From: Octopus bimaculoides
Lineage: Eukaryota
Reading direction: 5' to 3'
Length of the DNA: 42,150 bases
Assembly (NCBI RefSeq): GCF_001194135.2
Contig: NC_068983.1
Coordinates: forward strand, 70,960,824-71,002,973
How positions within the stretch are numbered: the stretch's first letter is position 1; each line of letters starts with the position of its first letter. Of the stretch, positions 25,995 through 37,300 are shown one piece after another. The position numbers and the translations under genes are program-made. The notes under the pieces are model-generated. The model had not been told where the DNA came from. It made no database searches and was given only the letters and a program-made list of their open reading frames with translations.

Positions 25995-26006
25995 GTCCCA
26001 CATATA

Positions 26007-26217
26007 AGGCGGCGAGCTGGCAGAAGCGTTAGCATACCAGGCGAAATGCTTAACGCTATTTCGTCTGTCTTTATGTTCTGAGTTCAAATTCCGCCGTGGT
26101 CGACTTTGCCGTTCATCCTTTCGGGGTCGATAAATTAAGTACCAGTTGCATACTGGGGTCGATCTAATCGACTAGCGCCTGCAAATTTCGGCCCTTGTGC
26201 CTAAAGTAGAAAAGAAT
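26007..26217 (+). mobile_element. SINE family B, full length, fused downstream of the 5S copy
   Basis: aggcggcgagctggcagaagcgttagc...gagttcaaattccgcc (B-box-like)...ggggtcgataaattaagtaccag...cttgtgcctaaagtagaaaagaat. The same family occurs at 33701, 34074 and 40984. Confidence 0.9.
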
Positions 26218-26587
26218 ATTACTAATACATGCATCCAGAAAAGGGCTCTTCTTTTGTGTGCTATCGAAATTATAGATATCGGTAGACAGCAGAAGATGCT
26301 TCTTGTGATGAGAGTATTTTAGTATAACCAGATAATGACTCGTGGCAAGGAATATAAAAATAATCTAAGAACATTTGGGATCTACTAATTTTGATAACAA
26401 TAACCGTAACGTCCACTATAATCTGGAGCCGACGAATGGTTTCTGAGCGAATTTGATAGATGGTGATTGTTTCTAAGTCTGTCCGATAAACACATTTACA
26501 TGCATACATTTGTGTGTGCCCTTTATCTGTATTAGTTCCCCACTACCACCACCACCACCACCACCACCATCAACATCAACACCTCTA

Positions 26588-26761
26588 CTTGACAACCGGC
26601 GCTGGCTTGTTTTTGTCCCTGTAGCTTAGCTATTCAGCAATAGACCAAGAGAATATGTACCCGACTTTAAAAAATATAAGAACTAGGGTTGATCTGTTAC
26701 ACTAAAACCTTTGAAGGTGGTGCTTTAGGATGGCAGTAGTCAAATGACTGAAACAAGTAAA

Positions 26762-26762
<1 letters not shown>
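26588..26762 (+). mobile_element. 3' half of SINE family A
   Basis: cttgacaaccggcgctgg...gtagcttagc...gaaggtggtgctttaggatggcagtagtcaaatgactgaaacaagtaaaa. Confidence 0.75.
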
Positions 26763-26813
<51 letters not shown>

Positions 26814-27831
26814 NNNNNNNNNNNNNNNNNNNNNNNNNNNNNNNNNNNNNNNNNNNNNNNNNNNNNNNNNNNNNNNNNNNNNNNNNNNNNNNNNNNNNNN
26901 NNNNNNNNNNNNNNNNNNNNNNNNNNNNNNNNNNNNNNNNNNNNNNNNNNNNNNNNNNNNNNNNNNNNNNNNNNNNNNNNNNNNNNNNNNNNNNNNNNNN
27001 NNNNNNNNNNNNNNNNNNNNNNNNNNNNNNNNNNNNNNNNNNNNNNNNNNNNNNNNNNNNNNNNNNNNNNNNNNNNNNNNNNNNNNNNNNNNNNNNNNNN
27101 NNNNNNNNNNNNNNNNNNNNNNNNNNNNNNNNNNNNNNNNNNNNNNNNNNNNNNNNNNNNNNNNNNNNNNNNNNNNNNNNNNNNNNNNNNNNNNNNNNNN
27201 NNNNNNNNNNNNNNNNNNNNNNNNNNNNNNNNNNNNNNNNNNNNNNNNNNNNNNNNNNNNNNNNNNNNNNNNNNNNNNNNNNNNNNNNNNNNNNNNNNNN
27301 NNNNNNNNNNNNNNNNNNNNNNNNNNNNNNNNNNNNNNNNNNNNNNNNNNNNNNNNNNNNNNNNNNNNNNNNNNNNNNNNNNNNNNNNNNNNNNNNNNNN
27401 NNNNNNNNNNNNNNNNNNNNNNNNNNNNNNNNNNNNNNNNNNNNNNNNNNNNNNNNNNNNNNNNNNNNNNNNNNNNNNNNNNNNNNNNNNNNNNNNNNNN
27501 NNNNNNNNNNNNNNNNNNNNNNNNNNNNNNNNNNNNNNNNNNNNNNNNNNNNNNNNNNNNNNNNNNNNNNNNNNNNNNNNNNNNNNNNNNNNNNNNNNNN
27601 NNNNNNNNNNNNNNNNNNNNNNNNNNNNNNNNNNNNNNNNNNNNNNNNNNNNNNNNNNNNNNNNNNNNNNNNNNNNNNNNNNNNNNNNNNNNNNNNNNNN
27701 NNNNNNNNNNNNNNNNNNNNNNNNNNNNNNNNNNNNNNNNNNNNNNNNNNNNNNNNNNNNNNNNNNNNNNNNNNNNNNNNNNNNNNNNNNNNNNNNNNNN
27801 NNNNNTATATATATAGGTAAATACGTAGAAT

Positions 27832-27916
<85 letters not shown>
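27832..27916. repeat. (ATAG)n tetranucleotide microsatellite
   Basis: Direct sequence. Confidence 0.95.
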
Positions 27917-28974
27917 GTAAGCTAGTATGTACATAGGTAGTTAGGTAGATAGGGAAATGTGTAGTTAGATAAGTAGGTAGGCGATATAGGTGGGTAAGTT
28001 GCTTAATAAGTAGGTATATGGATAGGTAGGGTGGTTAGTTGAGAGGTAGATTAACTTAACAAATCGCATACGGATGAAAAGTGAGAAGTTATATTCGCCG
28101 AGAGACTCATTTAGTGAATGAAAGATAATAGAAGTAAAACTGCTAGTATTTAATTACATCTGTCAGTGCTTCAAAGAAGAAATAATCTCTAAGAGGAGTG
28201 CTTTCTCCTGGTTTCTGTTGTGTTCATGTGAAAGCGATTAGAAGTTTGGATGAACCGTCTCATATAATTCTTGTGTATAATCTCCATTTACCTTCGGAAA
28301 AAGTTTGTTAATTCTAAATAATCTACTAATTATAGTCTGATGTGCCAAATCAGCTGGAAATAATAATTCACAAACACACAACCCTCCCACTGTACATATA
28401 CATGCGTGTGCGCATATTCGTAAATGGATACTAATTTATACGGATGTCTTTTCCGCATTCTCGGTCTGCTAAGTTCTTTAGCGGGTTAAGATATTTAAGC
28501 TCTGGATACAGATTTAGAATATCCCTGCTTATACTTCTAGTTTATTACTATCAGGAGCTTTATCGTCCCGCATGGTCTAAGATATGAGAGTTATAAAAAA
28601 ATAAATATGTTCATATGTTCAGTAAAGTTACAGATAAAAGGTGAATGAGTTAGAGAGGTTGATCATGTGTCAGCTATCAAAAGGGATGTTACTACGTATG
28701 AAAAGGCTACGTGAGCATTTGCAATTCTAATAGAACCGTGATGGTATCAATCGCATCGGTTTCAGAGGATCTGCGAAGGCTATAGGTGCATTCTTTTCTT
28801 CCAAGCCAAACCAGGAAATATAAAGATAGCATTGAGATATGAAAATAAAAGGGTGTTGAAAGACAATTCACTCATATTCCATCCTCAGCTTTAAGCCTTA
28901 TTCTAGACCCAAACGCTTAACTTAGCCATTCGGCGATCAACAGATATTTTCCAATTATTATAATAATTAGATAA

Positions 28975-29037
28975 TAATAATTATTGCTATTGTTATTGTT
29001 ATTATCACTGGTCTTATTGTTGTTGTTGTTGTTGTTG

Positions 29038-29113
<76 letters not shown>
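28975..29113. repeat. Compound (TTG)n/(TTA)n microsatellite; tail/target of the adjacent LINE
   Basis: Direct sequence. Confidence 0.9.
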
Positions 29114-31560
29114 CATTGCCTTTGCACAGCTTCTAACGCTGGAGATGTATTACAGTGTCAGCTGTTCACTACCAGTAAATTAAGGTAACNNNNNNNNNNN
29201 NNNNNNNNNNNNNNNNNNNNNNNNNNNNNNNNNNNNNNNNNNNNNNNNNNNNNNNNNNNNNNNNNNNNNNNNNNNNNNNNNNNNNNNNNNNNNNNNNNNN
29301 NNNNNNNNNNNNNNNNNNNNNNNNNNNNNNNNNNNNNNNNNNNNNNNNNNNNNNNNNNNNNNNNNNNNNNNNNNNNNNNNNNNNNNNNNNNNNNNNNNNN
29401 NNNNNNNNNNNNNNNNNNNNNNNNNNNNNNNNNNNNNNNNNNNNNNNNNNNNNNNNNNNNNNNNNNNNNNNNNNNNNNNNNNNNNNNNNNNNNNNNNNNN
29501 NNNNNNNNNNNNNNNNNNNNNNNNNNNNNNNNNNNNNNNNNNNNNNNNNNNNNNNNNNNNNNNNNNNNNNNNNNNNNNNNNNNNNNNNNNNNNNNNNNNN
29601 NNNNNNNNNNNNNNNNNNNNNNNNNNNNNNNNNNNNNNNNNNNNNNNNNNNNNNNNNNNNNNNNNNNNNNNNNNNNNNNNNNNNNNNNNNNNNNNNNNNN
29701 NNNNNNNNNNNNNNNNNNNNNNNGTATTTTATGTAGTTTGTTCTTAGTGCTTGCTCTTGGGCAGCACAGATTGGAGCCTCCGTTTCCGGTTTTAAATTAC
29801 TTTTAGTCATCCACAGCCATCTTTTTTCTCTGTCTGTCTTATCTTCAACATCCCTATGAAATTGACCATGCATTCTTTTCTTTACCCACCTATTTTCAGT
29901 TTCATTCGTTTTCAATTTCTTGTATAGAGCTTTATCTTTGCAATCTTTCATCCTATACAAGCCTGACCTTCCTACTTCTAATAATAGTGGATCTGTAGCA
30001 TTTTTTACATACCATGCTATGTTGTTTTCTTCTGCTCTAATGCTGTGTTCGCATCCAATAAGTCCTCCCCACTCTTTTTCTTAGTACATGCAGTCTGTCT
30101 GTGTCACTTTTTGGGTGGAGTGGTCCATATCTAGTATGCAACTTCCTTATCTTTCTGCCAAAGCTTTTCGTAGACAGTAGACAGTTCGTCTACTGTCCAT
30201 GCGATTACTCCTGCTCCATATCTAAGGAGTGAACCGCCCAGGTGTTGATAGCTTCGATCTTATTTCGTCCATTTAATTTCGATTTATCTATCTGTCTCAG
30301 TCTGCGCAAGTACTCCACCGTAAATTTTCCTGTCATTTCTTTCTTCATCAATTTATCCATTTCCAAAATCTCCAAGTACTTATAGCCCCTCTCTTCTATC
30401 TGCTTCAAAACCTCCCCCGACGATATCGTTAGCTCGTCCATACATTTGATCTTGCCTCTCTTCAAGACTAACACACCACACTTTCTCAGTCCGAACTCCA
30501 TTCTGATACATCATATCGACGCGGGAACTGACTTGGACTTCATCTTTACCATAAAGTTTGAGGTCATCCATGAATAACAAATCGTTGACTTTTTGTTGGC
30601 GTCCATGAATAACAAATCGTTGACTTTTCGGTCTAACAGAGAGATTTCCTTCGAGAGCTTGTCTAACCCGGCCTGGATTTTTCTTTTCCATCATAGAACG
30701 TTTCTTTTGTCAGTCCCCTTATGTCTCTTTTTCTTGACATCAACACCCACGTTTTCTGCTACAACAATACTTACTGCCTTTATCAAATTATTTGTTTCTG
30801 TGACGTTGTTTGTCCTGATGTATTTCAGAATTTCATTGACATTTTTCGTTTCTTGGTTCAATTTCCATCGATCAACCTTTTTAAGGTTGCAAATAATGTC
30901 GCTATCGTTCTCCTGTAGTCTTGCCATTATCCTGTCGTAGATTGCCTTTTGTTCATCTGTCATGTCACCATTAGTTTTATTGTCTTCTTTTAGATCATCT
31001 ATATGTCTCTCATCAAGTAAACTACCACTGCTCCTTTCCTGTGCTATGGGATTACTCTTATTAGTAAGAATTGTATTTTCATTGTTATCTCTGCTGCTAT
31101 TTCCCATGACCCGTCTTTTGATAGCTTCGAGCTCTAATTCTGTGAACCAACAATTTTTTGTTATTGCTCTAGCTTGATCACATATTCTCTGTTCCGTGAG
31201 TTGAAATAATCCCTTCTCTCTCCAATGATCATGCATACGTTGTCAGTAATCCCTAATTTGAGCACCATTTTCATCTACCGGACTGCTCAGGTAGTAACAC
31301 CCCATGACCACAGCATTAATTTGCTTGCTCCATCTACGCTGTGTGCGGTGGTCCCTTTCTGGATATCGACAGGCTGGAGCCGGACCAGAATCTCTGAGCC
31401 TTCTGGGTATACCACTGTCATCATCAATGGCTTATTTTGATTTTTCATTGTCACCCATATGAGGTAGCGATTATCAGGTTGCGCATTTACCAGTGTTTTT
31501 ATTGTGACACCATCTCTATATGTATCACTATTAATCAGTCCATAAGACACCACCTGTTTC
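29114..31560 (-). mobile_element. R4/Dong-like RLE non-LTR retrotransposon, internally deleted pseudogene
   Basis: Minus strand gives an N-terminal RWSKQINAVVMGCYYLSSP...RMHDHWREKGLFQLTEQRICDQARAI (ORF 30691-31236); then RT KVNDLLFMDDLKLYGK, MEFGLRKCGVLVLKRGK, GYKYLEILE, KSKLNGRNKIEAINTWAV; then MHGQFHRD...LKPETEAPICAAQEQALRTNYIKY. A gap follows, then a 3' UTR similar to the one at 316-400 and an (AAT)n tail. Most of the RT upstream of the FMDD motif is missing. Confidence 0.9.
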
Positions 31561-31580
31561 CTTTCATTATTATTATTATT

Positions 31581-31735
31581 CAGTAGTTTTATTTTTATAA
31601 CGTGCTTTCACTTCACTACCGAGCGCAGCTCTGTGCGCCTTGGGTATGTGCTGTGGTTTGCTGTGGTGCTCTTATGTTTACTGTATTGAAAGTGTTTTGC
31701 GTAGAATGTGTGCAGTACCCAGTAGTGCAATTTTC
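31581..31735 (-). mobile_element. Short 3' end of another R4/Dong-like LINE
   Basis: Minus strand reads KIALLGTAHILRKTLSIQ* (typical RLE-LINE C-terminus), then about 100 nt of UTR and an (AAT)n tail at 31566-31580. Confidence 0.8.
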
Positions 31736-31749
31736 TTCTTCTTCTTCTT

Positions 31750-31808
<59 letters not shown>

Positions 31809-31830
31809 GATTATCATCATCATCATAACT
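31736..31830. repeat. Compound (TTC)n(TTA)n(TCA)n microsatellite
   Basis: Direct sequence. Confidence 0.95.
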
Positions 31831-32931
31831 GATATCACTGATATTACTGTTTTTTGTCTAGTAATTCAACCTATTCTATTTGTAATTACTGGTAGAAAAA
31901 ACAATAATTATATATATATACTGATATTCACGTCGTTGAATTTTTGAATTTCTGAATTCAATTGTGTTGTTGCAATAAACGGTGTGTTTACGTATTTGGG
32001 TAACATATTAAAGTTTTAAGTTTTCTTGGGATGTTCGTTTGTCTATCTCGTTGGAGAATACAGTAGGACTTTTGCAATGAAAAGGATATTTACATTTTCG
32101 AATACTCAGGGAGAGTCAAAAGAAAAGAAAACAAGTTGTAGATAGTAAAGTTTTAAGATTAACTAAATATGGTCTTTTGTATGACCGCACAGAGAGAAAT
32201 GGTATTGTTCTGAGAATAAAAAGGAGGATGATGTTTACATTTTCGAATACTCAAAGAGAGAGGAAAGGATAAGTATTCACACAGTAGTCGTAGATATTAA
32301 AGGTTTTCTTTTTTTAAGTTTATCGTTTGTGAGTTTGAAAGCTGTATGCATGTAAGTTTCCTAACTTATTTTATTTTGAGGGAGATTGAAAATATTCACA
32401 GGAAATTGTAGATATTCTAGTCTTTGGGAATAGTAGGAGAAAGAGATGTTCACCTCGTTGGATTTTTAAATTTCTGAATTTCTTTTTCTTTTGGAATTTT
32501 TCTTTTCTTCTTAAATGTTTTGCTGTGGTTTACAGTTTTTGTAGTTGTGCAGTGTACGTATATTGGCAGGTGCTTACTTCTTTAATTTTTTTATCACACA
32601 TTTAATTGTGTTGTTACACAATTAAATGCGCGATACATATTCTGTTATTTAGGGAAGAAGGGAAGACAACATTTTCGCACAAAATTGGAGATATTGAAGT
32701 TTTTAAATTTTTTGACGTGTTCGTTTGTGTGTCCAAAGCTGTAGATATGTAAGTTGCTTTGCTTATTTTGAAGGAAATTCAAAATAGTCACAGAGTAACT
32801 GTAGATATTCCAGTCTTCTAGAGTTATTTTTTCAGTTGTCCTGCTGGGTTGTGTTAATGTTTCTGTGTCTTCAGCTGCTGACAGGTCAGAGTAGCGAAGA
32901 ACACGTCCAGCCGCTGCCACGTCCAGCCGCC

Positions 32932-32978
<47 letters not shown>

Positions 32979-32992
32979 TGTTGTTGTTGTTT

Positions 32993-33030
<38 letters not shown>
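32932..33030. repeat. Compound (TTA)n(TTG)n microsatellite
   Basis: Direct sequence. Confidence 0.95.
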
Positions 33031-33031
<1 letters not shown>

Positions 33032-33489
33032 TCTTCTTTCTTCAAATTTTCTTCCATTTCTCGCCAAGTGTCTTCCGTACACCTAGAAACTCGTAGTATG
33101 CATTCTCAGTTTACACACGCAAATTCACAGGTAATATATGTATTTAGAAAAAAAGAAAAATCATGAATGGATGTTTTCACAGCGATAATGCTCTTCTCAG
33201 TACATGAGTCGTTCCAGTTAACACGATTTTTTGCACTTCCTGTAGGGATGGTAAGCCTGGTATTATTTTCAAATAGATTTCAGTACCTTTTTTTTTATCA
33301 TTCCTAGAGATCCTACAATCACTGTTACGGTAGTCGCCTTGGGGTGCCACATTTTATCAGTTTCTATTCGCAAGTCTTTATATTTACTGATCTTGTCAAA
33401 TTCTTTCGCCGCTATATTATGATCACAGGGAATACTCAGGTCAATTAATAAACACGTCTTCTTTGTTTGATCTTTTATAATAATATCCG

Positions 33490-33490
<1 letters not shown>

Positions 33491-33563
<73 letters not shown>

Positions 33564-33609
33564 CATTATTACTATTGTTATTATCATCATCATCATTATC
33601 ATTATTGTT

Positions 33610-33700
<91 letters not shown>
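33491..33700. repeat. Long (TTA)n/(TCA)n microsatellite
   Basis: Direct sequence. Confidence 0.95.
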
Positions 33701-33701
<1 letters not shown>

Positions 33702-33912
33702 GGCGGTGAACTGGCTGAATTGTTAGCATGCTGGAAGAAATGCTTAGCGATATGTTGCCCGTAGTTACGTTCTGAGTTCAAATTGCGCCGAGATTGACTT
33801 TACCTATCATTCTTTCGGAGATGATAAATTAAGTACCAGTTGAGTACTGGAGTTGATGTAATCGACTATCCCCCTCCCCCAAATTTCAGGCCTTGCGTCT
33901 ATAATAGAAACG
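33701..33912 (+). mobile_element. SINE family B, full length, within ATT repeats
   Basis: aggcggtgaactggctgaattgttagc...gttctgagttcaaattgcgcc...aagtaccagttgagtactgg...aggccttgcgtctataatagaaacg followed by (att)n. Confidence 0.85.
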
Positions 33913-34073
33913 ATTATTATTATTATTGTAGTCGCCGCACCGTATACAATATTGTGAGGTTGTTGATTGAAGATATTGTGTGTACCGGGAGTTTGAACTG
34001 TTTGTCAAGTCACAACAAGGACCTCAGACAGACAGAACTTTACGAAAAATACGTGCAGTTCCAAGTAATGCCG

Positions 34074-34277
34074 GGGGCTAGCTAGTAGAATTGTTAGCAT
34101 GCCAGGCGAAAGCGGTATTTCGTCTGCTGCTACGTTCTGAGTTTAAATTCCGCCGAGGTCGATTTCGCCTTTCATCTTTTCGGGGTCGATTAAATAAGAA
34201 CTAGTTACGCACTGAGGTCGATGTAATGACTTAATCCCTTCCCCAAAATTTGAGGGTATGTGCTCCCATTAGAAAGG

Positions 34278-34278
<1 letters not shown>
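34074..34278 (+). mobile_element. SINE family B with (ATT)n tail
   Basis: gtagaattgttagcatgccaggcgaaa...gttctgagtttaaattccgccgaggtcgatttcgcctttcatcttttcggggtcg...agaaagg followed by (att)n to about 34375. Confidence 0.85.
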
Positions 34279-34344
<66 letters not shown>

Positions 34345-37300
34345 TATTATTATTATCATCATCATCATCATCATCAAGACTGGGCAAAAGTACGTATATT
34401 TCGATGTAAAAATACTTAATCATTTTAAGTTTATATTTCATGGTATATAACTATTCTATGTTCCCTGTGACAAACCATTTAATTTTTTTTTCCTCAGATA
34501 TGGTATAGTTCAGGTAAGATTAGTTAATATGTTCTTAATTTTTAAAACGACAGAAGAGTGTGATCCGAAAAAGATTTGTATGTTAAGAGATGACACCTTA
34601 AAGTACCTATCATTGATTGTAATTGTCACATGTTTATTTTGTTGACAGAACAAGAGAATTTACTTATTTTAGATATATTAGAAGTCGCGAAGCTGAAGTT
34701 TACTTCTTTAGTGTCTATTATATTAACTAACGATATATACTTTAGTTACTGCCCCACTGAAAACAGGATCTCTTCATTGCATATTGACGTCTCATCTTTC
34801 TCAATCAATATATGTCCCTATCACTTTTAATTTCATACTTTTTTTGCGTATAGCATACGTGATAACAATATGACAATATTGATTCTTTGATGAGATCCAA
34901 AACGTAATCATTTTTCTAGCTTTGTATATTTCCTGCCTAGATTCAACGCGACCAAGTGGATAAATATATCGATCAGGTATTCTGAGTTAGTATCTTGTTC
35001 TTTGATACTTCAGCTATAGATAGAGTTAATCAAGATAATCAACTTTAGAGAGTATATATATATATATTATATATGTGTGTATGAGTCTATCTATCATTCT
35101 ACACACACACACACACACACACAGACACATTTACTGAACGAATGCTTACAATTTGAAAGAAATTACCTGTTTATTTTAAAGTTATTTCGTGCATATAGAT
35201 TTATGTACAAGTTGAGTCTATTAAGAATATCGAGTAAAGTTTTAATATCTATCTTGTAAGTTGTATAAAAATATAAATAATACGAAACAATTTCATACAC
35301 CTATGTTGTACAATTAAAATTGAGCAATACTGTTCGGCTATTTTACATCTATTAATTTGCTTCACATTTAAATAATACTGATTATGTTAGAGTGTATGCT
35401 ACATTAGCTGAAGTTAGTAAAATAAACAGATATTTGCTTCATTTATTCCGATTACTCTACGACATGCATTTGATATAGGTAAATTACAAGCATAGAAAAT
35501 ATTCTGAATCTAAAATAAAAGACATTGTAATCAGCCATTTGCTTTGGTATTTTAATGGATCAATATAGTTCTATTTAAAGTCATTTTATGAGGATTCTAA
35601 TCGATAAATTTACTTAGAACATAATTGTGCTTAGCTACTGCAATTTTCTCACACTGTCTCCAAATTCGGGGCTATTTCTGAAATTTAAGAATAGGTTGGC
35701 TATAAACAGAATAACCCAATTAAACAGAGGAAATGAATTCGTAACAACATTATTTGATATTAATTACTAATTAACGGGAAATATTTTTATAATAATTAAT
35801 TATGCCGCTAGTCTATTAAGATAAGAGTTCAATAGACAGACTGGAAATGCCAAACTCGTTTCAATCTGTCTAATAATATTACATTTTCATTATAATCTAT
35901 TGATAGCAGACGGCACTTTTGTAACAATTTAATTCCCCGTTTTCTTATCTAGAAGCCATTTTCTATCAGGTCAAAGTTAAAATTAACATTCATTGTCATT
36001 TCCTGTTTTATTACAGCAGTATATCATTGTATGTCCATAAGCTATATAAGGGTGCCATGTCATGATACATCGTTTCTATTGGAAGAAATTAAGTTGCAAA
36101 TTCCGAGAATAAAATACTAGAATTTTACTTTGGAATGGGATTACAGTTGTAAAACTGTTTTAGCAGAAACTGTAAATAGAGTCAAGCTGATTTTAAGCGG
36201 GATTCAAGAAAGGTTCAGCACTATTTGCAATGTTGTAGTCTCCAGTGCACGTAGAAAGAATTTTCTTGGAAGTATTCTTGGAAAGATTTTCAAAAAAGTA
36301 TAATGAAAGCTTCCACAATATGAAATGACTTACTAACCTCCACTTTTTTAATGGCATTTTGATAAATCCAAATTTTATAAAATATTTGAAAAGAATTATA
36401 GCGTAGTCTATTCATGACTAAATATATGTCACTTGGTTGTATGTTACCAATATCACTTGATTTAATAAGTTATAGGTATTTTCTATGGTTTATCATATAG
36501 CATTACATTTAGTGTACGTTTCACTCGTTTATTATTTTATAAAACGCTTCATACAATGGGTCATGCAATACATTTTATATCACTTGCAATGATATATTAC
36601 AGCAAGCAAATAAGGAAGGCAATGAATTGTAGCTCTCTCTGCTCGAAATAGTAGCTAGTCCTCCTTCAAACCATACGCTGTAGTTTTAGAAGAGAATGCA
36701 ACGTATTCCAGTAAGTATCACTACCGAGAAAAAAATAGGATTATCGAGGATGAAATGTTAGTAATCACACATCTCCTCGGACAGCTAAATAATAACAACA
36801 TATAATTTAGAATTACATATCAATAAATCTCGGGAATAATTATGTTCTGCATAGAGTTACTCGTGCTCTCACAGATGCATTATAGTGTTTTATCGAAAAT
36901 CAAATAGTTAACACCTGCATTGATACAGACATTATTTTGTATCACAATACTGGTTAAATCTGGATAAGCTAAATTTAGTAAGTTATTTTTCTTGCTCAGT
37001 TCTCCCTCTGACTGCGCATTAAATCTACATAAATAACCGAAAATAATAAAAATGAAAATAACCCAAATATGGAAGGGGCAGAATTTGTCACCGCAGGCTT
37101 CACCCCTCTAAGCTTCTGTCACTCCACGTAAACACAGTCTATACTCCAGAACATTATCACAGCATACTTAGTAAAATAAATATCTCTCACTCACGCAAAA
37201 CATACGCAAACAAAAATTGCAGCAGCATCAAACACTTCTTTAATCCTAAGCACTGTTCTGGTTTGCGTACCATCAACAACAAATTCTCAGAAATAGCAAC

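Noticed and set aside
32859-32874. Hammerhead-like CTGAAGA...GAAAC on the minus strand
   Set aside because: Only 4 nt (caca) lie between the motifs, so helix II cannot form. No helix III/NUH site is pairable.
36121-36303. 60-codon open frame ending RRKNFLGSILGKIFKKV*, resembling an amphipathic antimicrobial peptide
   Set aside because: No start codon or pyrimidine-rich acceptor. The amphipathic pattern comes partly from a local tcttggaa duplication, and frames of this length occur by chance.
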